A stretch of DNA of 64,000 bases from Lama guanicoe (Eukaryota). Made by a program: the position numbers and the translations under genes. Shown here piece by piece: positions 37,013-50,306 of this stretch. The notes under the pieces are model-generated. The model had not been told where the DNA came from. It did not search any database and was given only the letters and a program-made list of their open reading frames with translations. Positions within the stretch are counted from its first letter, which is position 1. Every line of letters begins with the position of its first letter. The DNA lies in the NCBI GenBank assembly GCA_013239625.1, contig MU054323.1:13313950-13377949 (forward strand), written 5' to 3'.

Positions 37013-39379
37013 ATAAAGAATGTTTTCCAGTGATTTAACAGAATTTTGAATGAAAGAAAAATAAAAGGTATTAAAGGTTAAATTTAGAATCTAAAATATA
37101 TTGGCCTAAGTCCTACTTTACCATAATAAAAAGTGAAATTGTATACAGTACTTATCTGTATACCATAGAAAAGTCAATCTTTAAATAGAAAACATTTACA
37201 AGTGGCAATTTACCATTTGTATTTGAGAAAAGGATTAGTTCCAAAGTGTTTATTTTTCATTCAACAGAATCTCTGAGTTCATGTTCAGGAGATTGTACTT
37301 TGTGGCAGCGTCTCCAGAGTTTTTGAAACTAAACAAATACAGCTTTGTATGCAAAAAAAAAAAAAAAACTTGGTTAGATTAAAAAGCACTTAAACTTTTT
37401 TGTTTGGATGTTTTGATTTGCTTTGCTGTTTTCAATTGTAGCTGCAGTTGTTGAAAATTGCTGTTGTTTCCTAACTTAAAATATGTGTATACTATTAATT
37501 AATAATTATTATCAGCAGCATTTTTCTTAAATTTTTTTTTATTATTTCAAGCAAAACACTTTATTTCAAATACAACATTCTTATCAATTGGAACGTAACA
37601 TTTCTTATCAATTGTAAGAAATATTTAAATGTTGCAAGTTTTTCACTGTGTTTTAGAATATTTATGTCTGCTCTACTTTTGCACAGTTTTACTTTACTCA
37701 TTGCTTTTAGGGTGCAGAATATACTTAGGTATATATTCAAGTAGAATAATTTTTTCCTTTCATATCTTCAAATAGTTAATTGCAAACATAATTTTTCTGA
37801 TTTTAAGTGTAATATGTGCTCATTGTGGAAAACTTAGAAAATGTTGAGAAGTAAAAAGGAAAAAAAAATCATTTATCAACCAACCAGTTAATATTTGGTC
37901 TGTTTCCTTTTTATAGTTTTCAGTATTTAAGTGTTAAAATAAGAACTTATACTTTTCATCTTTACTTTTTCACTTAACATTATATTATTTGAATTTTTCT
38001 GATATTTAAGTCATCTTTAAAATTTTTGACTGCATAATTCCATCATATGCTTGTACCATGTATTTTTAAAGATAAGCTTCTAATTCTGGAGAGAGACTCT
38101 ATCCTTTGTTGCCATTGCTGTTTATTTATGAGAAACCTGTGTATAACCATTTTTTCATCAATTATCATATCCCTGCACTAGCTTCTAAGACATTTAATTA
38201 CAAGATCAAAGGATGTTAGCAACTTTGAGTCTTAACAATGTATGTGACCTCCTTGCTTTCCAGAAATGTTACACCAGTTTCTGCTTCCACCAGCGCCCAG
38301 TGCGAGCTCCTCACCCCTAACAGTCTCTCCAAAAAGAAACTCACGTTTAGATTTTTGTTAATTTGATAAGAAAATAATACTTCATTTTAATTTGCGTTTA
38401 ATGTTAGTGAGGTGAACTTCTTTTATACTTAACTCCTTTTTTTCCTGAGAAATTGCTTTTTGCCTGTCTGAGGCGTTTTTCTAACTGATATATGCGTATT
38501 AAGGACAAATATGAATGTCTTACAAATATTTCCCCCATTCTTTAATGTGCCTGTTAGTTTTATAGAGCTGTTACTTCTTTCATTGCTTTATATTTGGCCA
38601 TTTTCCCTGTTCTGTTGTGGTCAATTGTATACTTACCTGTATTTCTTACAGTATTTTGTATTTGTGGGGTTTTTTTTTTAATTTTGTACATTGGGACATA
38701 AAAATGAGTGTTTTCTTGCCCATCAGTTTGTCCTTTTATCTTCATTCTAGAAGAGTGTCTCAAGTTTGCCTTTGAAAATTCCAAATGCAGGTTCCTGCAT
38801 TATAAATTGTACTTTTTAAACTGTCTCCTGGGCAGCTTTATTTTAAGTGTTGCTTTCAGATGAGATGGAAACTAACAAGGTGACCAGTTGTTTTTCTAGC
38901 CCAGCCCCATGGTGTCAGTGGTTCTTTCTCCCATGCTGTGGCTGTGAGTGCTTGGTGCTCAGCCTTGCGTTTTGGTGATCATGTGATATACTATCACATT
39001 AAGATCTTCATAAGAGTTTAGTGAGGTGCAGGAAGACTCTGTGTGAGTAGACACACTTTTCAGCACAAGGTTGGATCAAAAAAGCTTCCAGGAAGCTCCA
39101 GCTGAGTCTTAAAGAGTTTGGAGGGCAGAGGAAAGTTATCTCAGTGAAAAATACGACCTGAGAGCTGCAGGGGGAGTGTTTCCTGGCCAAAGAGATGCCA
39201 CAAGCAAAGATTTGGAGACATGAAATACCACATGGGTTTAGGGATGTAATAAGTAAATTAGTTTCAGTTGAATGCTTGAGAGCAGGGGAAAAAGTGATGT
39301 ATAAGATACAGTTCAAGAGGTAGGCAAAGGCTGGATTGTGGAAGCCTTGCCTTCTTTGGTATTAAACAGTATTATGTTT

Positions 39380-39780
39380 AATGTCACCACTACACACCTG
39401 TTATGTGCCAGACTCTGTACAAAGCTGTGGACATACAGTGATGAGCAAAACAGATACAGTCTCTGCCTTCTAGAGACTGCAGTGCAGGGCGCAGGCAGGA
39501 AATACACAAGGAAGCTTTGCAGAAAGCACGTGACCACCGATCATTCTGCTGCTGCAAAGGAAAGAACAGAGTCAATGAGAGGAAGGAGGAAAGAAAGCTC
39601 ATTTATTTCACCTGAAGGGTCTCTGAAGCGATGGCATCTGAGGAATTCAGGGGAGAGATGGTGAAGCCTGAGTAAGGTTGGAGGGAGGGGGCGAGACTGG
39701 AGACAGAACAAGAGAGAAAATCAGGGGCACGCGGTGCTCGGATTTGGGGAGGTAATTGAGGATGAGTCCTGTGTCTTTGG
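39380..39780 (-). mobile_element. L2 fragment
   Basis: cacctgttatgtgccagactctgtac...gatacagtctctgccttctagagact. Confidence 0.6.
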
Positions 39781-42700
39781 ATGAGAGGACTGAGATGATA
39801 CTGTCTGTGATTTTAGGATGGTTTTCCATTAGGGTCTCTTTAAGGTGGCTGGTGAATATATGTTGTCCGTGTACTGATTGATTAAAATCAGAGCAGGGTT
39901 TTGGTTTTGTTTCTCACATACTTCTAGCTATTTCCAGAAATCATTTGGGAGGCTGCTCTGAGTAATTTTTAAAGAATAATGTAAGTCTCTTAAAGTAGTG
40001 AGTTTCAAGGCTAGGGGAAAAAAATGATCTCTCCTTGGCCAGCCTTATTTTCCAGAATTTATGTCCTAGAAAGTTGGATTTGAAGTAACTTGCTCTACCT
40101 CTGTCATTTCTCATTGCTTGTCTGAGACTGTGAGCTTCCACAATGTGCTGGTGACCGTGAAGGTCTGCAGGTTTCCTCCCCACCCTCCTCTGTCGGGCAG
40201 CGGCGTGGCCGTCACACTTGACACAGGGGCGTCATCTTGGTCTGTTTTCTGGCTCATGCCCATTTCCCAGAACAAAGTTATTCTCCGTAAAACATAAGGC
40301 CCATATTCTTCAGCCTTCTTGATGTTGCCAGACCTCAGTGGACCTGTTTTAAAAGGCTCTTTCCATATCCTTATTGTATTGTCTGGACCATCTCCAAATT
40401 CAGTTTTTAATTTCCTATTGGCTAAATATTATTTTTTTTTCCTTTAGGCCTGCGCTCATCTTCCGTTTATTCCTGGCTTCTCTCCTGTGCTGTGAGAGAG
40501 ACCTTAATCTCTTTTAGGCCAGCAGCCATGCCATTTAAAAACCCCTTCGGGCAGCTATTCAGCTGTTTAACATTGTTCAGTCCCACTTCTTGGCCGGGAT
40601 CTACTGTCTCCTGGTCCGCTTCCCTTTCTTTCAGTAGGGAGCATGAGGGCCATGTCTCCCCTGAAGCAGGAACCCTCCATCCCTTCCAGTGTCAGCCCCC
40701 TTTCTTTGGCTCTATTCTCCTAAGATTCTGCCCAAATAATTAACCACTTCCAGTTGGTTGGGAAGCCTGGGCCTGAACACGGGGGTCATTTTCGTTTTTC
40801 TGAGAGCTCCACAGCACCAATGTGGGACATGGTCCTGGGACCTTCCGTGACTTGCACACCCTTGGCCCTTGAGGATCTCCTAGAAAAACAGCATCTTCAG
40901 GATCTGCAGTACCTCCGATACTCAGATTCCAAGTGTGATGATACTTGATGGCAAGGCCTGGTTAAAGGACAAGAGGAGGGTGCTTGAGTAAACTGTGAGT
41001 GAGTATTAAGTCGAGGAGGTGTGTTGTGGCTTCCATCTTTGTAATGGACACACTCCAGTATACTTGATGGGTTCACCATTGGGTTAGTTCTGGTTATCCT
41101 CTCCAACTGACTTTTATCACCATCACCATGGTGGGAGGCAAGAAGACATGGTAGATGCAGCCAGACTTTGATTCAGAAAGTTGTTCTTCACTGGGCTCTG
41201 CTCCTTTGCCAGCTCTACCGCCAACTGACTGGGTAACCTTGAGACATGTTACTTCTCCCCTGTAGGCCTCAGTTTTTTTTGTTTCTTAAAATGAAGGAAT
41301 TGAACTGGATAATCTTCAAAGTCCCTTTGAGTTGAAGTGAACCTTATCATTCATCCAAAAATGCTTTGATGACAGGAAGGCTTCTTCTTCCCAGCCATGC
41401 AAGAGCTGTGGAGATTTTCCTGTGAGTGACCCGTTACCAACAGTGGCCCTCGTTCCCATCACCTGCCTCTTAGAGAGTCCTGGCAGCAGAAGGCAGGCTC
41501 ATCAGAAAGCTCCTTCCTGGAGTAGGTGGGTATGTCTTGCTCAGAATAAGGAAAAGGAAAGTCAACAAAACAGAGGTCAGAGATGTTAAGAAAGTAGGAA
41601 AAAGATACTTTTTTCTTAATTCAAGACAAAACCAAAAACTGAGACAAAGAAAACCACATCATTTAATTGACAGAACATACGCACAGACCTTCTTCCCCAT
41701 TTACACAGGCGATCTGCGTATAATACGGAACATCTGATGGAATCATTGAGGGTTTGTTTTCAATTCTGTGGTTGAGGTCTTTGAACACAGTTTTGTAATT
41801 TGTTGGTTAGTAAATGTGACCCTGGCCCCTTTTGGAAAATCCTGCCTCCTCTCTATGATTTCATCTCATGGCACGGTTCACTTTACCCAGGTGAGAGGGT
41901 GATCCCAAGGGAGCATCGTGGGTACACAGCACATGGTGGGAGTTCTGCTTTTCTGTGTAGAATCTCTAATAACAGCAGGTTTGGAAAACTGTTGGTTCAT
42001 TGAGAAAATGGACTAAGTAAAAAGCCTTTGGGTAAGGAAAATTCATCTCCCAAATAAGGCAATGGTTAAGACTCTCAAAGTGTGGACCTGTCAGTCATGG
42101 ACAACACTGCTTCTTTAAAATTAAGCCTCTGGCAGCTCTGTTCACCCAGGACTGTGCTTTATTGCTCTTTCTGACATTTAGGTAATCTCATTATTGGAGA
42201 ATTCATATCAGTGATCTGCTCTCTTGAGTCTATATAATTCTTTCTTGAATTAATTTCCATTGAAATGATAACGTTTATAGATATCTGCCTTGTTCAATGA
42301 AATGTAAAGAGCAAAAACTTGCATGAGAAATCAACTCTTACGGTAGTGTACCCAGCTCATTTGGGTTGCCCACTGCAAGACTTCTGGATAGCCGCGCCTT
42401 CATCACCTTTACCACTTAGCAGATGACTGGTGATGGCATCATGCATGGCTTTTACAGACACCTAAGCAGAATTCTGTTAGTTATTTAATAGAATTACCTT
42501 TCATTACGCAAAAAGAAAACCTGCGGTATTTGGATCATTCAAAATTTCATTTCATATTCACAATTCAACTTCAGCAAAAATGGGATGGGTTTTACTCACC
42601 CATTTAATGAAGTTTGCATCTTAGTAGGGCTTTTATCGTAACCTAATGATAAACTTTCTTAACATTTAGCTTTATTCTTACTGAGTTAATCTTAGTTGTA

Positions 42701-43399
42701 GCAGTTCTTAGAATTGTATTTACAGACAGGACTAACAATAGAAGAATATCTCGGAGCTAACATCATCAAAGAAAGTTCTAATGAAATCATGGGCTTTTAA
42801 AATATAGGTCATTAGTCAGAGGAGCAAAACAAACAATGTCCTCTTTTAAGCTATTACCTCATCTCATTGTTGAAAACATGAAACTGCAGAGAGTTACAGT
42901 ATATCATTTTCATAAATTATTAGTTGTGGAAGAGCTAGTCTCCAGGCATTTCATGTTATTTTTTCCTACTCGTTGACATCCAAAATATTGCTCATCTAAA
43001 CTTTCCCTGCTAATCACTATTTCAGTACGTGTGAGACGGCAAGACGCCCAGTAATTCATAACCGGCTCAGGATTTGTTCACCTTAAGGTCAGTTAGTCAG
43101 TTCCTGAGCTGGCCATCGTTAACCATCATCTGTAGGTGCATGGAAGTAACAAAAAGGAAAGCAAGAGATTTCATTTCAAGATTCTGGACTGAAAGCCACC
43201 AGGTTCCTACGTGCTGCTTTCTCTTTGTCCTCTTTTGCTGTCCACTGTCCCATTTTATAGGGAAATAAGTTGCTGGTGAGGGTTAGTTGAAGGTTCCTCA
43301 CCCCCAGAAGTAGCCCTGATAAGCACTGTAGTGGCCCCAAACGCTCTGGGAGCACAAAGCAGGGGCCCTGACGTCTGCCACACAGGAGGTGCTGCACAG

Positions 43400-44900
43400 C
43401 AGGTGTCTCTGGGGCTGACCAGGAGCCAGGGGGAGTTTCTGAGCAAAGCAGGCAAAGGGGAGAATTTTTAGTGAAGGCAGGGGTGTGCGTGAAGTCAGTG
43501 AGAAATGAAAGACTATAGAATTTTCAAAGAACTCGAGTACGCATCATCATAGGGCTGGAGTGTAAAATGGGAAGGAGGTTGGCTAAGAACTACGGCCAGA
43601 TGTGTAGCCAGACACCAGATGATGAAGGGGGCTCTGGGATCTTTGTTCTGCCAAGGAGAGTGGTTGGTACACTCCAGCCACAAAGAGGTATTGAGTGTTC
43701 TCGGCAAGGTACTGTCCCTGGCAGGTTTGCGGTTTGGTCAAGAATGGATTAGAGAGAGGCAGGCAAGACTGAAGATAAAGAAACCAATTTGGAGTCAGGA
43801 CTGTCAGGAAAGATGAGAGGTAGGATACGGGGTGGGGGGACAGGGAGTAGGAGAGAGGGAAGGATTGACACTGAGGTTCATGACGGGGTTACAGGCTGGG
43901 TCCTCTGGAGCAGGGGATGCAGGAGAAATGGAGGTGAGTTGAGGAGGAGCGTGACAGTAAGTTCCTTTACTACAAACATGTCCAATAGGTATTAGATAAA
44001 TGGTTCCAAAGGACAGAGACCAGCCCTTGAGAGAGACTGGGAAATCATTAGTGTATAAGCGGTAATTAAAGCACTTCTGAGTTTCTTTCCATTCCCTAAA
44101 TCCTGTGGTTCAGTGAATAACATAATCTCTTCAACACATGCCCGTTTCAGGAAGTCTGAAATTAGCAGTGTCCTGTGTGAAGGGACCCGATGAAGTGGTG
44201 CAGTTACCCTCCCATGGTTGTAATTAGTCAGTCCCTTGTGGTCCCAGCCTGATGCTGACTTTGGAAATCCATCAGCACAGATTTATTGAGGGTCTTCTCT
44301 GTGGTGAGATGCTGCAAGAGAGACTCATTTTTTTTTTCAGATGTGAAATAATTTCATGGAGTCTTGTCAAGTTGAGGTGAGATGTAAATACAGAAAAGGA
44401 AGGATAAAGGTGAGACACCCCACTAAGGTCAGGAAGGGGAATTAACAGTAAATAAACAGTGAATGTGGTTTTAGGCTTGGTACGTTGGAGACGGTAACAG
44501 AGGATCAAACGGTAATGATCAAGAATAAGAAGGATCCCGGCTGGAGACAAGAACTGGGGGTTCATGCCAAGTAAAGTCTGGAGAGGGCGGAGACCGGAGG
44601 AGACGGGAGGGAGTCTTGGGGAAAGAGCAGATCCCAGGGAGGGCCCGTCCGAGCCCTGGCGGACAGCACAGCACCTTCAGGTTGTGAAAGGGTGAGCATG
44701 AGCCAACGTGGTTAAAGGTGGACTGAGAGTAATATTCCATCAGGGGTCATGAAAAGGGAGATCAAGGAGAAGGTGTTGGCCAGACATAGAGGTGAAGGGT
44801 GACAGTGACGGACTGGAAGATGATCACTGAATTTAATGGTGAGTTGACCATTGGTGGTTTTTCTCAAAGGGGTTTTGTGGGATAAAAATTCAGAAAGACA
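43400..44900 (-). mobile_element. Degenerate L2 fragments
   Basis: Purine-rich L2 phrases (ggattagagagaggcaggcaagactgaag; atttattgagggtcttctctgtg); boundaries approximate. Confidence 0.55.
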
Positions 44901-46238
44901 GATTGTAAGTCCTTAAGGGAGGGGGAGGAGGAGTTGTTGGTAGCATGTACACTTCCTGTGTTACATGCCAGGCAATATTCCAAGCACTTTACACGTGTTA
45001 TTTTGTTGAACTGTCATAGACGTTCTAGGAATGCACCAATGTTGTTAAATAATGTTATTAGTATTGTTACTATTTCCTTTTTCCCTGATGAGATATATTA
45101 GGAAATAAAAGCAATGAGCATAGATAGTTCTTTTGATACATCTTGCAGTGACAGAAAGAATGAGCATTTTCTCTAAGAGATCTTAACATTTTTGAGGGCA
45201 GTGAGGGAAGGAGCTGTGGGAATCACTGAAGATGCAGAAGGATAAGCAGGTGGGACTAGAGGGAGAGGAGACGGGTAGAGATGGAGAACGGGCCCAGCCT
45301 TGAAAGGAGAAGGGACAGTTTTGAGCTGAGAAAATTAGGAAACCTTTGTAGTCACTCATATTTTACAATTCAAAAGTGAGACAGTCTCCGAAGTTACACT
45401 CGGTAGTGTTGGGAAATCTGGAAGAGAGGCGAGGGAGCTACGTGCGTGCATCTTCTTGAAAATTTTTTGCCTCGGCGTTAAAAATTTTAGAAAGAGAAAA
45501 CTCAACTTTATTAGTATGAACTCCCCCAAACTAAATTCTGTCGAGTGCTATTTAACTTGTCATTTTCTTGATCATTTGTTATCTTACGTCATTATTTGAA
45601 CATAAAAGTAAAATCTTCTTCATGTGCATTTGGATGCAGTAATTTCATTTCCTCTTGACGGTTTCTCCACAACTTACGTTTGGGGACTGTGTGGTCCAAA
45701 GGCAGGGAAGACAGGGAGCTTGGATGGTGGGAGTGTGCGGTGCAGCTGTCGACAAGGAGAATGGGGATGATGGGGATGCGAGGAGGGGGAGGAAAGTGAG
45801 TAACTGTGAAGATAAAGAAGGACTGTAGCAGAAGGTCCATTTGTAACTTTACAATTGAGACACTGCTTTTGTGAGAACATTTTTATTAATGGGGAATAAA
45901 AACGTACAACTATTTTCTCATCAAGCATATAGAGAACAAAATGAATTTGCAGGTTGGCCGCTGGCTCATCAGTTGGAGCAGCACTGACATTTAGGACCTT
46001 GCGTGGCTATAACTTGGTGACAGGAAATCTTGTGACTATAATCTCTCGTCTGGAGTAACTGGGACTGGCTGGCTACACTGCTGATTTCATCAGGCCCTTT
46101 CTCTCCCTGACCTCGCTGCCCCGCTCCCTTTCCCTTCCGCCTCCTCTCCTTCCTTCGAGAGAATGCTGTTTAGGCTTGACCAAGGTTATCTCTAGGGTTC
46201 AGTAAATCATTGCCCAGGCAGACCAATGCCAATGCTTC

Positions 46239-46262
46239 CACACACACACACACACACACACA
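46239..46262 (+). repeat. (CA)12 microsatellite
   Basis: Read directly. Confidence 0.92.
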
Positions 46263-46656
46263 CCCCCCAGTTCTGCAGATAGAACTACTGGCATTTACTG
46301 CAATCCAAAAAGGTGGCAATACTTTCACTGTTCCCCCAGGAGGAATATACTCTCCTTGCAAATAAAGAGTTGAAAACATGTAGAAAACACTGACCACAGC
46401 CATTGCAGCCATCATTTCAGTTTGAAAACATTTCCTGAGGAAAAGTCAATGTTTTCCCATAGAACCCAGTATTTTGTCTGTTGAGACATGTTCATCAAAA
46501 CATTTTATTTATATGTAAAATGTTTGAAAAGTTCGTTCTGTGTAAACATGATCATCTCATACCAACCGGGGTGTGTTGAGCACCTATGTCTGCCCATTAA
46601 TATCTGGTGTTTGTCAGTCTGTGTTTTGTGTCTCATGCTCCATGTCTTTTTTGCAG

Positions 46657-46782
46657 ATATTGATGAATGTGTAAACAACACTGTTTGTGACACTCACGGG
46701 TTTTGTGACAATACGGCTGGCTCCTTCCGCTGCCTCTGTTATCAGGGCTTTCAGGCCCCACAGGATGGGCAAGGGTGTGTGG
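46657..46782 (+). CDS. LTBP1: LTBP1 exon, cbEGF ([42 protein letters not shown])
   Basis: ttttttgcag|AT acceptor; GTGG|gtgagt donor; 126 nt. Confidence 0.96.
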
Positions 46783-49700
46783 GTGAGTTTTTAGATTTTT
46801 TCTCCCAGCCATGTTTCACATCTCCCCATTGAAGAGAAACGTCAACCACAGGAGAGATTGGAAGCAAGGTAATCGGGGCAGAATTTCATCATCATTTGAT
46901 CTTGTCATACAGTTTGAAGATGTGCAGAAAGATCCCATGGCTTCTGAAATGGTTGAGGACATTAAGAAATAGAGACGCATAACTTAGGATTTAAATGTAT
47001 TATTAAAAAGAGCATCTGTTTAAACTCTTAGCTGGGTATGCGGAACGCTGCAGTCCCTCCTGCACAGGAAATGGAGTCTGGTGTGCGGTAGATCTTGTCT
47101 GTCTTCAAAATGCACCTCCTTAGGCAATGCGTTTAAGGAGAAGTGTTGGCAAGAGTTTCTGTTTCCAGGAATAACACCCGTAAAATGATGCTTTGGATTG
47201 TGCAACCATATTTCTTCAGTCTGTTCTGGGATTGACAGAGCTGGAAGGAATCTTGAATATCATCAGATGTCCGAGAGTATGGTCCAGCACATGCTCACAT
47301 GGAAGAAGATACCTTATAGTTCAAGTTCTGATCAGCCATGATTTCTTTAAATCAAATTCATTGTGAGACATATTTGCAATTAGAATAGTTAAACGTGAAA
47401 GAAAGGTTATTCAGTTCCGAACTTGACAGATAACAAGGCTTTTTCATTATTCTTAATTAAGAAAAACAGCTCTGTCCATTACATGACAGACGACGTTTGA
47501 GGGGGAGTCAGTAACTTTTTGGTGTGGAAATTTGTAATTAAAGGATTCATTCATTTCCCATCCGTATTAAACTGGGAAAACAATCTGTTTGGAAGTTTAC
47601 TGATAAAATCACTTGAATAGTAACTACTTTTAAGCTAACACTGTCATAATCATTTGTTCCAGCCCTTACTTTAGTGTCCTTTGCACTAAAAAATACAAGC
47701 GATAAAAACCATCTCCTGTTCCCTAAATATTTTGACTTAGTAGGTCATGTGATCTGGCCCCCACTTACCTTCTCAGCATCACCGCCTGCTTCCTCACCAT
47801 GTACATTCCTGCAGCATAAAACTGCTTATGGTTGCTCACGTAACTGGGAAGTTACTAGGCTGCCCTTTGCTCCTTCTGCTGGGAACATCCTCCTGACTTC
47901 CCCTTCCCCGAGCCTAGATTCATCCTGCTTACTCCTGAAGCCGGAGGTTAGATGTCACCTCCTCCCAGATACCATCCGTGCTCCACTTCTCACTCTCAAC
48001 GCTAAGCTGTGAGCCCTCCACCTGCTCCCAGAATACTTAGAGCAGAATCTGTTGCCATACTTAACAACCTTTTTTTTTTCACAATAATTTAATCATGTGT
48101 GTGCTGCCTATAACTGCCTTGTCCAGTGTGACCAGCTCCATGTGACTGAGAACTCTGTGTGTGTGTGTGTCCTGGCTGCACCTTGTGTTTGGCCTATTGT
48201 AGATGCTCAGTAAATGTTAACTCCTGAGATATCAGATGCCCAACCACTGAGCCCACATAGCTCCTGAGCCCCTGGTTAGAGTTCATCTCTAACCAGCCAG
48301 ATGGTTAGAACCAAACCCGTGTCAATGTTTCATTTCAGACCATAAAACACCACTCTTAGAGAAGAAATAGCTCTGACCATTTAATGAACTCAGCAGGTGG
48401 TGGTATATTTTGTCTGTTGAGGCTCTCTTTGAAAAATATGCACTGAGCACCTGTCATATGCACCTCGCCACACTGGGTGTTCTACGGGGTTTGAGTTGAG
48501 TCAGCCCTCTGGGGCCAGCTTTTGGCCACTCTGTTCCCTCTGCGAGGACCCTGACTGCGCACCCTCCTCCTTACGGTCTCATCCTTCAGACAGAGCTTGG
48601 CTCCGATGGCCTGCCCCTGCCCACCCCTGCGCTTCAGGTGCACTGTTCCGTGCTTTCCGAGCACTCTGCACTTCCACAGCCAGCACTTATCCTCGCCTGT
48701 ACGCGTGTCTGATTGGTTTCCCTGGCTTGACGGTGAGCTCCCTGAAGGTAGGAGCTGGGCCTGCCTGACTCATCATTGCTTCCCTAGTCTGACCCACAGG
48801 AGTGAACGAGAAAACACTTTTTGATTGAATGAATGCGGTTTGGTAGAGATTTCAATAGCCATGGAAATAATACAAATTAGAAAGTGGAAAATTCCACTTG
48901 ACATTTACCTAAAATTGATAAATGCAAACTGGCAAATTTCTAAAGTCAATTTTTCTGGCCTAAATTATGACTGTCTAGGTGGATTAAATACACCAACTCT
49001 CTGCTTTACTTTGTCATAAAATCTTTTTATAAGCAAAACTCAGCTCATTGGATTTATATCTGTTTATATACAAAGTGAAATGGAAACTGAGGTAATTATC
49101 CAAATAAGTCAAGAGACATAAACCTTTTGTCCAATTAACTGGGTATAGCAAGTGAAAATAGTATTTTTTTCCTAAATGATTTGGATAATTGCTCAAATGT
49201 TTACCTTTGTATAAACCATGTCAGAGTGTGCTCATGAAAGCTAATGTTTGTACATGTTTAATCATGTTTAATGCATAGAATACATGAGCATTTCAGATGT
49301 CAAGTCTGGTACTTTGTTTAACTGGGCACTCATGTATAAAATTTCTTCAGAGGAGAAAAGGTAAAAAGTAGTATTGGGCAAGGGCAGGCATAAAATTAGC
49401 CTTTCTTTCTGGCTATGTCCTTGCATAATATTGAATAACATTGACTTATCTGTGAGTTTTTTGTGTTTCAGTTCAGTATATTTAAGTACAAAAGAAAAAC
49501 ATCTAGCAAAATAGAAAGTACACTGTGGAACACCAACAGAGTTTTTAAAGGCATAGTGAAGTCAGTGAGAAGCTATTGGATGGATTTGTTTCTCATGAAT
49601 GATTAACGTAGCCCTGTGACTGTTTCCAGGGGTCTTCCCTTTATTTCTCAAAGGGATACACAACCTGAATCCTGGTTGTTAAATTATGGACATTCCGGCT

Positions 49701-50162
49701 GCTAGGGAGCTATGGTTTTAGACATTTGAGTAGATTGAAAACAATTTCTGAAAATGAATTTAAAGAATTCTATGGTTTCTGAAGTGCCCATGCTGCTAAT
49801 TTTCCTCAAATTAAGAACTGAGAGAAGAGTGTCAGGTCTTAGGACCTCATTATGTCCTCAGGGAGGAGAAAATTAAGCAGTCAACGTGTACGTGCGATGC
49901 CCGAGGTACAATTCCAAGGTGTTCCTTAGAGCCGGAATTGGAACTTGAAAACTTCGCTTTGCATTTTCATAGTCCTTTCACACAAACCAAAGCTTGCAGC
50001 CCTGCCTCTGGGAGCCCCTTCGCACAAAGAGCAGAAGGGACTGATGGCTCCCTGGGGACCCCTTGTGTCCAGCAGACACTGCCGGCCTTGGCACAGCTGG
50101 TAAAACAAAGAGCTGTCAGGAGTGAGGAACATGTCTGACTTGATCTGTGCTCCCTTTTCCAG

Positions 50163-50306
50163 ATGTGAACGAGTGTGAGCTGCTCAGTGGCGTGTGTGGG
50201 GAAGCCTTCTGTGAAAACGTAGAAGGGTCCTTCCTGTGTGTGTGCGCCGACGAAAGCCAGGAGTACAGCCCCATGACCGGGCAGTGCCGCTCCCGGGCCT
50301 CAGGAG
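50163..50306 (+). CDS. LTBP1: LTBP1 exon, cbEGF plus linker ([48 protein letters not shown])
   Basis: cttttccag|AT acceptor; GGAG|gtaagt donor; 144 nt. Confidence 0.96.

Noticed and set aside
23095-46656. A missing LTBP1 exon or nested gene in the 23.6-kb intron
   Set aside because: No D-[IV]-[DN]-E-C cbEGF exon or coherent ORF found; flanking exons join in frame as in the LTBP1 sequence I recall
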